DNA of 64,000 nucleotides from Styela clava (lineage: Eukaryota), in the NCBI RefSeq assembly GCF_964204865.1, contig NC_135262.1, forward strand, positions 6,014,001 to 6,078,000, read 5' to 3'. Shown here in pieces: positions 36,601-48,600 of the stretch. Within the stretch, counting starts at the first letter, position 1. Each line of letters opens with the position of its first letter. Under the pieces are notes generated by a model. The model made no database searches. It was given only the letters and a program-made list of their open reading frames with translations, and had not been told where the DNA came from. Position numbers and translations under genes: made by a program.

Positions 36601-39600
36601 TGGACAAAAGAAAACAAACAGTAATAAAGGTCGATAAGTAGATTAAGTATCTACAGGGATGTAAAATGAGTTTAATAAATTAAATATTAATTCTGACAAA
36701 GATGTTTTGACTAAAAAATTCGTAAAATCTACTAAGCATATTATATTATATTTTTTGTAGCAGAATGAAAACAAAATTCTGGAACATAAAACTATATAAA
36801 AATCAATTCGGCCCATTTTAGACTAAAATTTTGGTACTACCGTAGTATGTGTACCAGGTTAGGGTTAGGCCATAATTTATTTCAGATTTTCCTTATTTTA
36901 GTTCTATTAAGAGTTTGGGGACTGTTCGTGTTAGCCAAGTGAACAAAATTAGTTACCTCCATAATGGTACAAATACTTCTGGAGCGCCAAAATTTTAACA
37001 TAACATGGGCTAATCAAGTATCGAACAAGAATACGAACTCATCGAGATACTAACAAAAATAAATATCTCACTACGCAGCAAATCTCGCAACAAAAGTAAT
37101 TTACACAATTGTCATTTTATGATGACCAATTTAGAAACCACATAAAGGATCAATGGACAATAATTTGTATCAAGGGTGATTACACACAATAATGCTACAC
37201 AGTTTGCCACTTTTTCAATTTGTCATGTAAGGCCAAAGATAAATAATACAAGAGAGCAAGGAATTATCATTGAGCCAGACTTGAATGGTCATACATCAAA
37301 AACCGTAATTCAAAACAAATTTTACGTACTTGAATCGAAAACCCATAATTACGGTTCAGTTCAACTTCTCCCATCCTTTCGACTTCGGTCAGATTTATTT
37401 CGCCCTCTGCTTTCGAAAACTTGAAAAAAAATTGACATTTCATAAATAAGAGTTGACGTAATTCTCAGGTAAAAAACTCAAGATAATTGACAGTTTCAAA
37501 CATGTAATTATCTACACAAGAACTAGGTTGTTTACAATCAAGCTTACACATTCGAGGACAAGGTTGATAATACTTAAAGTCGGTAAAAAGTGTCAAGTGT
37601 CAGTGGTAATTCTCAAAAAAAATAACATTTATACAGATGTGTCTGAAATAAATATTAAATAGGCTATTCAACGTTTCTTTTCATTAAGGAAATAATGAAT
37701 TGCTAATACTACTTTCTATGATAGCAGCACAGTGTCTCCAAAACCCCATGGTCATTGATATTTTTTGTTATGACCACAACCATATGCTGAAGAAGGAGGG
37801 ATTCCACTATTTGTATGCATTGGAATAACGTAGTGAAACATATATAAGTAAAATGTGAAAAAATAACTAATAACAATAGTTTGATTCTAGACTAGGAAAG
37901 AAGAAAACTCACTGCATCTTCAGACGAGGGATCTTTATAAAAACAGAGCGTATTATCGATCAGAACGAACCAATGTTTTGAAAAGGTTTCTTTAATCGTA
38001 TCTTTTTGTTTCATCATCAACCATCCCTTTCTTTGATTGAGAGCTTCCATCTGAAAATAGTGATAAAGTACATATGGTGTAGTGTAGATCGAAGAATGCT
38101 GTGTCCAATGGATGTGTTAACTTAATAGTAACACAGTAGTTATCCCTAACTTAGAGCTGGTCAAAGTTGATATGGTATATACAACAGGTTGCAAGACATC
38201 ATGATGCACAATTTGACTATATTAATAACAGTAAATTGAAACAAAGAATAGTTTTATAATATATGATTCTCAGTGAACTGGTGGTCATAATACCGGTATT
38301 GTAAAAGATTTGATACTACTTCGTTTTGATCTTAGTGTCCATATATTTGAGCACTGCTCTCTTGTCTTCAATTGTGAAGGATGTAAATTATTGTTTATCT
38401 TACAATTCCTGTGTTTTCTAAATCACTGATTTAATATACATTGACTATTTGTTCTTTATTAAACACAACCTGATTTAGGATACATTTGAAATACTTCGAT
38501 TGTTCGAGTTTGGCCAATCCAGTGAGGATACTCAGTGGTAGTGAGAGTTTAGACAGTACATATTCATGGAATTTCTCAATTGATTTGATTTTAATAATAT
38601 TTACATAAAATACCATTACCATAAAAGTAACTTTACTCAAGCATACCGATACCACAAAAAAAATAAAACAAAACCAGTCATTACTTAAACTTATACCAAC
38701 AATGTAAATAACATGTTGCCTTGTTAATATTTTCACTTAGAGAAATTGATGGTACCCAGTTCATTTTTTATCACACACTACAGTTATAATACTTTTAGTT
38801 ATCAAAAATTCGATGTATACAAATATTATTATCATAGAACCTTCAAGAATGTAACACAAAACCTTGATTCAACATATAAAAGGCATTAAATTACCATCAT
38901 AACTAATTATGTACAAATCGAGCATGAAAAATAGACAATTTAGTTCTAATTTATCTTAGATTTATGCTTGATGAAACGAGACAAGATAAGATATGATTGG
39001 ATAAAAGTTATGACAGGAAACATACCGCAACAGCGATGGATTCACGGTCGAGCGATTTAGCTCTTCGTAGTGGCTTGTCGGATGTCTGTGTTCCCTGGAT
39101 AGGAAATAATGAACATAAATTAATGCAAATATAAATTGCTGAAATGCTTATTAACAGAAAAACATTGCGAACATAAAATTACTCTGTTTACGGTGAATGA
39201 AACTAATTTAGAATGAGTATAATAATTAAATGACTAGCTAGAATTTTAAAAAATAAAGGCTGTTCACCTGTTTCATATCTGTCGATTTCCTTGATATGCT
39301 CCTCCCACGTTTCACATCAACATTGAGAAAATTCTTGTTTTCCGAAACAGCTTCTGGGGAAGAGAGCACCATAGTTGGCTCTGATTTCGGTTGATCCGTA
39401 TTTTCCAATTTTGGGCTTCGTAAATTGTCGTGTATATCCGGTGGTGTACTTTTGTCTTGATCAATCTTGAAAAACGAGAAAAAATAGGTGAAAAACACAG
39501 AAACGAAGCATTTTAAAATGTGAAATAACTGTAGTCTTTTTATTTCACAAGCAAGATTGAAATGTTTTTCTCTAGTAACACTCACTGTATAATCAATAGT

Positions 39601-42600
39601 AGGCCTGGTGTATCTCTTCCCAGCTCTTTTCTTCCTCTGAGCATCTTTCTTCGCTGTTTCAGGAAACACGATAAGTTGGTCGAACCACCTGATTGAAACA
39701 ATAAATAGAATGAATAAAACCATCTAACTTATAACACAGAGAAAATAGGATGGCATAGTACTTCCAATTTTAAGATGTAATTAAATGGATGTACAGATAG
39801 GAAGCCACTATATTTAAAAAAAACTGTGTGACAATTTTCGCATAGCTTGCATAAATTCTTGGGCTCTACGGGTAGCAATAGGCACAAGGCTTAACTAAAC
39901 AAGATATCTTTACGTATGATGCAAAAATGGTTAGGCTCAATGTCCTAAAAATTGAACCCATATGGTATTTGGTTAGGGTCAGATCAGGGATGGCCAAAAT
40001 GAATAATCTACTATTACGGATAACAACATTTTCATACAATATAAGAATTTCATCTAATTAACAATACATTCTTGTACATACGCATTAGAACTTTCTCTGT
40101 TTTCCGATCTTATAAAATATTTCATGTCGGTTGTATAAATTCCAATTGAATATTTTTGTCCTGTGATAACTTCTGAATGAACGACATCAGAACATTGATT
40201 CATGTTGATGGTTCCTTGTGCAAGAGTGTTTGCCTGAAAATAAGGATAAATAATTAGAGCAGTGGTTTTCAAACTTTTTGAGCCGCGCCCCCTTTTTAGA
40301 AATTGTCAAGTATCGCGCCCCACCTCAAAAATAACTAGCTAACAATAAGCTACAAATAATAGATAGTAAGGCGAAAATATGTTTTATTCAAAAAATACGC
40401 TGAAAATGAGTGGATGGAACGCATATTCATGCATAGGTCACAGCTCTAGTTTGTAATTGCCAAATTTGCAATTGTGATGTGTTTATGGTTGACCCGTGCA
40501 TATGTCTCACTGTTATTTTGTGATTTGCAACGCTCGATGCTGCAATAATCAATATTCCACTTTTTTATAGCAACTTGTTATACAAATATAACATATACCA
40601 TGTGTAATGGAAACATACAAATAATAAAAAAGATTGTTCACAGTCCACCAACAAAATTCCTAGATCTATTCAAAAATTTAACTTTGAGAGCAGCCTAAAA
40701 ACGACATACAGTGTAATATTGCAAATATTGATGACAATGATAACGACAAATGAGTGTGCCAATACCAAACAAATGGGAGATTGTACAAATAAAAATGACA
40801 GAGCAAACTGATATGAGCTCTGTTATCTAACTCTAATTACCCCATACAAACAAAATATTGCGGCCAATCCTTTTAATACGCTAGCAGAAACAATATTTGG
40901 ATATCCCATAGGGTGCAATCAATGTGGTTAAATGCATAATGCATGTTGCACCAAAACCACACTACACAGCAAGGGATTAGGATGTGACTACTTCAACCTA
41001 ATGCAGTGATTCTCGAACTTTTTAAGCCACGCCCCTTTTTTTAGAATTTGTCAAGTCTCGCCCCCACCTCAAAAATAACTAGCTAACAATATGCTACAAA
41101 TACGAGATGTAAGACGAAAGTATGTCTTATTAAAAAAATACATTTGAAAAAACATGGATGGAACGTAAATAATAAAATGAATGAAAATTTTCAAATAGGC
41201 GAGATCAAATCTAAAAAATATTTTCATTTTCAATTAGCTACTCGCCCCCTAAAAAAAGTGTCTCACCCCATCGTTTGAGAACCACTCAAGGAACTTGATT
41301 ATAAATTCAGTAATTTAAAATCTACCAAAAAAGTTCATTTACACACAAGATAGGGGAAATTGGAAAAAAAATTTTGACTTGGATTATTAGTGCAATTTTT
41401 CAGTCATTTCATTTCTTATTAATAATAAATATACTTATATTAGGGAATCAACATCATTTGAAAATATTAGTTGAAGCTGATGTTACACATTCATCTATTG
41501 CATGGTTTCAATTTACTGGAAAATATCTAAATACCTTATCAAATATTATTAGGTAGTAGCGATCTAATTTCCTGTTATGATTACTGTAGTTTGAAAACAT
41601 TAAATGATGTATGTTGTACTTGTACAAGGTACATTATATTATAAAGCAATGTCATATTAAAATGCATTATATATAAAAAAATATATACAAAAGTTGTCAT
41701 CTATATAATATAACATAATATAATCGAGCCTATATAATTATCCCCATTACATGCATATATTAACATTCGTTTCTTTCTGTTTACAGTTATTATGAGCATT
41801 ACTGTTTAATAAATGTACAGTAAATGTCCCATGACTATTGATTCTATTTGTGTGTGAGTGATAGTTATCTATGCTCATAATCAAACGATGCCTTCTGTAC
41901 AATGCCCATGGACCGGTTGTGATTACTCTACACCTGATGATGCAGACTATAACGCAGCAGTAGCCTTACTTCAGCTCCACAAGGAAGCCCTACACTCTAC
42001 TCCTATCAACCAGACTGTAAGAGTAGAAAAACCAAAACGTCCAACCATCGCACCGAGAGGCACTGCAGAGGAGTGGACTTATTTCTTACAAAGATGGAAG
42101 GAATATAAATGCGCTTCAAGAATAACTGATCCTGATATTACTTATCAACTTTTAGACTGCTGTACTGAAGATTTGCGACGAGACCTCACACGAACATACT
42201 ATGATTTATCGACATCAGATGAAAACACAATCCTAAAAAACATAATGTCTCTAGCGATCAGAAAGGAGAACATCTTGGTAGCTCGACTTCAACTACACAA
42301 GCTCCAACAAGATCGAGACGAGCCTATTCGAGCATTCGTGGCACGACTGCGTGGGCAAGCTAGCACTTGCCGCTTTCATGTTAAATGCCAATGTGACCCC
42401 CAAACACATGTAGACTACAGTAACGCCATGATTCGCGACGCACTTGTCTGGGGCCTCTATGATGACGACATCCGTCTTGATCTCCTCTCACAGGCCGACG
42501 AGGAAATAACTTTAGAGGAATCCATCAAATTCATCGAGGCAAAAGAGAGCGGCAAACGCTCAGCACATCGCCTCACCGAACATGACACCTCTGCTGCTAT

Positions 42601-45600
42601 AAACAGTTCTTACCAGCGAAAGCAACGGGATAGGGCTCGTGACAAACGCGAATCCTGCGAATACTGTGGGAAATCTAAGCATGGAAGCAACAAAGATCGA
42701 ATTAAATCTTGTCCAGCATATGGCCAAACATGCTCAAGATGCGGGATCAAAAATCACTTTGGAAGTTTATGCCGCCAACCTGAATGGAAATTGCGACAAC
42801 GGGATCGTAAGGTCTTTCCTTCCCCAAAACGAAAAGCTCACAATGATTCTGGAAACACTGAAGACGCGGCCTCTATCCTTGCAACACTTTGCTCAGTAGA
42901 TGACAGCTCTTCCCAAAGTCCAGAGGCCAGCAGCGTCACACTTGACCATCACATTTATAACGAACTGTGTGATATCTGGGAAAGAAGAGCCTCTGACCCA
43001 CAGCCAAGTGTTAATGTCTCAATCCTCCATGACCCATCTGATACTCGTCTCATTGGCTCAAGCCCTCAAATTTCAAACCCAACACGTTCTGTCACATTCC
43101 CTGCCATAGCTGACACTGGCTGCCAGTCATGCCTCGCTGGCATCAATCTACTGGAAAAGCTGGGTCTTGGCCCACAGCATCTGAACCCAGTAAAATTGCA
43201 GATGAGTGCAGCTGACTGCCGTCGTATTCAGATCATAGGCGCACTTTCGCTGAGAATATCAGCTCCTTCAAGCGCGTCGATAATTGAAACACGCCAATTG
43301 GTATACTTCACTGACTCAACGAATAGGCTCTACCTATCTCAACAGGCTTGTAAAGCACTCGGCCTCATATCTCGATCCTTCCCAACAATTGGCGAACATA
43401 AAGAGAGTTACAGGTCTAAAACAACTTCGTCTCCTATACACACCGGATCGGACATGGTCGCTCCTTGCGGATGCCCTATACGAGAACCACCTCCGCCAAT
43501 CCCAACCTCGGCACCTTTTCCACTCACCCACGAAAACCGAGAAAAGTTGGAAAAATGGATCCTCACTTATTACGCATCAAGCTCATTCAACGTTTGTCAA
43601 CATCAACCATTGCCAAGGATGAGTGGTCCTCCCTTACGTTTGATGGTGGATCCAGAAGCAAGACCGGTCGCCCACCACACACCAATTCCCATCCCCATAC
43701 ACTGGCAAGATGAGGTAAAGTCAGGCCTGGACCAGGATTGCAGACTTGGTGTCATAGAACCTGTACCAATTGGTGAACCTGTAACATGGTGCCACAGAAT
43801 GGTCATCTGCGCGAAAAGGTCTGGTAAACCACGCCGCACGGTCGACCTCCAAGCACTGAATAAACACTCTACACGTGAAACACATCATACACAGTCACCA
43901 TTTCATCAAGCTAGAGCGGTCCCACCAAACACTTTAAAGACAGTTTTCGACGCATGGAATGGATACCATGCAGTGCCCCTACACCCAAGTGACCGTCACT
44001 ACACCACCTTTATTACCCCCTGGGGCCGATATCGCTATTGCGTAGCACCACAGGGATACGTCGCATCAGGTGATGGGTATAGCCGTCGTTTTGACGAAAT
44101 AGTGTCTGATATACACAACAAGACTAAATGTGTCGATGACACTCTCATATGGTCCAATGACACGGAAGAAGCATTCTTTCAAACAATTGAATGGCTAGAC
44201 AAATGTGGTCGAAATGGGATCATTCAAAACCCCACCAAATTCCAATTTGCATCACCAATCGTAGCTTTCGCTGGCTTCGAGATCACACCAACAGCAGTTC
44301 GTCCTTGCTCAAGAACACTGCAGGCGATAGCAGATTTTCCAACCCCAAAAAACATTACAGACATTCGAAGTTGGTTTGGACTTGTCAACCAAGTTGCATA
44401 CGCTTTTGCGTCCACAAAACACATGCTACCATTCCGATCTCTCCTCAAATCTAAAACATCATTTGTATGGACTAAACAACTTGACGACCTTTTTGAGCAA
44501 TCGAAGGCTGTCATTGTAGATGAGATCAAGAAGGGCGTCGAGATATTTAACAAGTCAAGACCCACATGCCTTGTAACTGACTGGTGCAAGGACGGTGTTG
44601 GTTTCTGGCTAATGCAGAAACATTGCGAATGCACTTCAGCTAAACCCTTCTGTTGTAAAACTGGCTGGAAGATTACACTGGTTGGCAGTCGTTTCACCTC
44701 CGGGGCTGAATCTCGCTACTGGCCAATTGAGGGGGAAGCACTAGCTGTCGTGGACGCACTTGACAAAGCACGACACTTTGTACTAGGCTGTTCAGATCTC
44801 ATGATTGCTGTTGATCACAGGCCCTTAGTAAAGGTTTTGGGCGATCGCTGCTTAAACGACATTGCCAATCCTCGCCTTCGCAATCTCAAGGAGAAATGTC
44901 TGCGCTACAGATTCAAAGTCGTACATTTGCCTGGCATTCGCAATGTCGCTGCAGACTCATTATCACGCCACCCAGTTGGCGAACCAAACATGTTGGAGCT
45001 TCCTGACGACGTTGACTCAGGCGCCATTTTCACCGCCATTCGCACATTCGACCCCGAAACAGCGGAAATCTGCTCTTATTCAACCGATTCCACAAAAGAA
45101 ATCATCAAGAATGTGACATGGAATGACATACGGCTTGCCACAGCCAGCGACCCATCAATGCGTTTTCTTATCGACAAAATCCAAGACGGCTTCCCAGACC
45201 GACCAGCAGATATCCACACTGAAATTCGCCCCTTTCATCAATACCGTGACAATCTCTCAGAGTTTGACGGTGTCTGTCTCTACAAGGATCGCGTTATCAT
45301 TCCACCCTCCTTAAGAGATAGGGTACTCAAAACTTTACACTCTGCACACCAAGGAGTATCAACAATGTGCTGTCGTGCAGAATCCTCCTTTTTCTGGCCC
45401 GGTATGACTAATGCCATCATCAAGCTACGCAACAACTGCTCAGCTTGTAACAGAATGGCCCCCTCACAACCTAGTGCCCCACCAACTCCTCCTCTACAAC
45501 CAATGTATCCCTTTGAATGCCTGGCAGCGGATTTTTTTAGCTACAGAGGTAAACATTATTTGGTGGCAGTAGATAGATACAGTAACTGGCCAATTGTTGA

Positions 45601-48600
45601 ACAAGCGAAAGGAGGAGCCGCTGGACTGATCACGACTTTAAGACGAACATTTGTTACTTTTGGGATTAGCGACGAACTCACTTCTGACGGTGGTCCAGAG
45701 TTTACTGCGAAGGAGACAACCACTTTCCTCAAGAATTGGGGTGTTAAACATCGCTTATCGTCAGTGGCGTTCCCCCACAGCAACACACGAGCTGAAATTG
45801 CCGTCAAAACTATCAAACGTCTCATCACCAATAACACTGACGAAGAGGGCTCACTCGACACCGATCATTTTCAACGAGCGATACTTCAGTACCGCAATAC
45901 TCCCGACAGGGATACTCGCTTATCTCCTGCTATGTGCATTTTTGGCCGCGCCATACGTGATTTCATTCCCATCCATCCTGGCAAATACAAACCACATAAT
46001 ACATGGCGCGAGACACTGATTGCCAGGGAAGATGCCTTACGCCATCGGCATATGAGAGCTGCAGAGCGCCTAACCGAACACACCCGATCTCTGCCACCAT
46101 TATCTATTGGCAACCATGTTCGCATCCAAAATCAGACTGGCCCACACCCTCTAAAATGGGACAAAACTGGAGTTGTCATTGAGGTGCGACAATTCGATCA
46201 ATATGTGGTTCGAGTAGATGGTTCCGGTCGTGTCACTCTCAGAAATCGTAAATTCTTACGTAAATACCAACCAGTCATCGACCGTGAACCACTCACAAAG
46301 TCAACACACAACAATACGTACAATCAGGCACAATTCGTGCCCCAGCTACCTGTGACTCCGCCTCCTCAGACTGAGATTAAAGTCACCAAACTCTCACAAC
46401 CAGTCATGAACCAGCAAGATATTGCAAAGCCAAGACCTCTACCTCCCACAGGACACAAAGACGTTGCTCCAGCTACACAAAAATTGCCTCGTGCACTACG
46501 GGCTCTTATGCCCCATAACTCGCCTGGACTCGGAGAATCCACTGATGCTCTACCAAGAACACGAAGTCAGTCAACGCAGTAATGGCTTGAACATTCAAAG
46601 ACTACTCAGTCTTGTGATTCATTCTTCTCAAAGACTTGGGGGGGCATATATAATTATCCCCATTACATGCATATATTAACATTCGTTTCTTTCTGTTTAC
46701 AGTTATTATGAGCATTACTGTTTAATAAATGTACAGTAAATGTCCCATGACTATTGATTCTATTTGTGTGTGAGTGATAGTTATCTAGAGCCTAATCAGG
46801 CTTCAATCAAATATGTCGGTTTATGAATATTGTAGTTTGGACAAATTGAACAAATATTTGTTCAAATTTATTTACCAAGCTGATTAAAAGTTGGAGAAAA
46901 GGTAACAAGAGAGAAAGCTTATTTGATAAGAAGCGACTAATTCATCTGAGGCAGGCTAAAATCGAATAATTTACTATTCTGATTTTATATGTTTTGGAAT
47001 AAAACTTTCAAATATGGAATATACAATGTATGATGAATAGTTACATGAAGAACAAGGAAATCTGATTGAAGTATTACAATGGAAATAATTGTTGAAGGAT
47101 TTTTTTTAAAGTGTCACAACGTCTATTTTGTCTCTGACTGCCATCAGATATCGAATGACCAAAATAACAAATGAAAAACTATTTTATAGTAAATGAAATT
47201 AATATTGAGGATTTACTATAGTATTTTGAATATAACCGATTTTGGGTGTATTGGATATTCAATTCCTGGATATCTCTGCTCTACTATTGACAAAACCTTC
47301 CATAAATGCCAATTTAATTATATAGACTCAATACCGAAATTGGGCATAAGAATCATAATAATAAATGATGGTGAATGTTTAATAAAAACCGATACCACAT
47401 ACAAACAAACCATGTACATAAAGCTTAAGCGATTTCAACTAGTTATAATTCAAATTTCTTAATCAAACTTCTATGAGAAGTGGCTGATATCATGATTTTT
47501 ACACTCATGGAAAATTAAAAATATTCGAAACCGATATAGAGAAGCAAAGTATGCAGATGTCAGAAACAGTCATCAAAATACTTTAAGAAATAACTGCTTT
47601 AGGTATACTGGTTAACCAATTAGAATTTTTCAACACCTTGATTGACAACAGAGTACAATGTAAGGACTTACTATTTTTGGAAAGACCGGAATCTTTCCAT
47701 CTTGTGATTGACTACCCAATCTATTACACCCTATTGAGGTGATGAGCATTTGATTAGAACTTGACGTCTTTCACTTGTTGTGACACTAATAAATTTAGGT
47801 CTAACAACCTACAGTAACTACCAGGCCTATCCAGCCCAGTTGCGTACCAGTATTTGATGAAACCAAAATCATTACCGTAAAACCAAAATGTCAGCAGAAA
47901 ACTGTGAAGAAAACAAAACTCACATTGTCATCCAATGCATATCGTAAAGCACCATGTTCGAACAGTACAAAGTATCTTCTTTGCCATTTCTGAAATAATA
48001 ACATTATAATAATAAGAGCAAAATCACACTATTCAAATGGAATTGGGAAAGCCAAAAAAATTCAGTCTGGCATGTTGCGTTGATATTAGAATCGGATCAT
48101 GACTCCTATTTTGAACTCTCATTCGAGTCGAAATTTTAAACTTATTATAGTGTTTTCATAATACAATATAACCAATTCAAAGATTTCGTATTAAACTATA
48201 TAATATACCAAATAATAATCATGTCAATATCACAATGTGATCTAGTATTTCAGAGATAGTCAACTTATTTTAATATAGTTTACCCAGACAGAATTCGAGA
48301 AATATACTGTTAATATTAGACAAACCCCGATATATATTGAAGATGAATGACAACTAATCTTGATTATGGTAAAAAGTTAAAACCTCTAATGATAAGATAT
48401 ATCAATCATTACGAAAATTTCTGTAGAAAAGTGTTTGATGCCGCCATATATGGAAGAGCACACCTATGATTGTTAATACCAGAAGAAATGTCAAGCAAGC
48501 ATAGCATAATATGCCAAACATGAATGAATGATATCACAAGCGTAAAAACATAATCTATAACCTTTAAACTTAATGCTTATAAAAGTTCATACTACAACAT

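Larger units (their letters stand above)
41731..46787 (+). mobile_element. Complete Ty3/Gypsy LTR retrotransposon (Mag-like lineage), inserted antisense in MPRIP intron 3
   Basis: Two identical 141-bp LTRs, 5-bp TSD GAGCC (41726-41730 and 46788-46792), G7 polypurine tract 46638-46644, uninterrupted gag-PR-RT-RH-IN ORF. Confidence 0.97.

Noticed and set aside
41841-41850. ATTCTATTTG in the LTR resembles the start of the Ciona spliced leader as I recall it
   Set aside because: Only 10 AT-rich bases, the rest of the leader is absent and the host species is unknown; compatible with chance.
41858-41887. ORF-track start of the polyprotein at GTG 41858
   Set aside because: Lies inside U5/PBS; the first ATG at 41888 is the plausible eukaryotic start.
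42639-46679. Many short overlapping or antisense ORFs within the retrotransposon
   Set aside because: Shadows of a less AT-rich coding region with no motifs; no env-like ORF is present.
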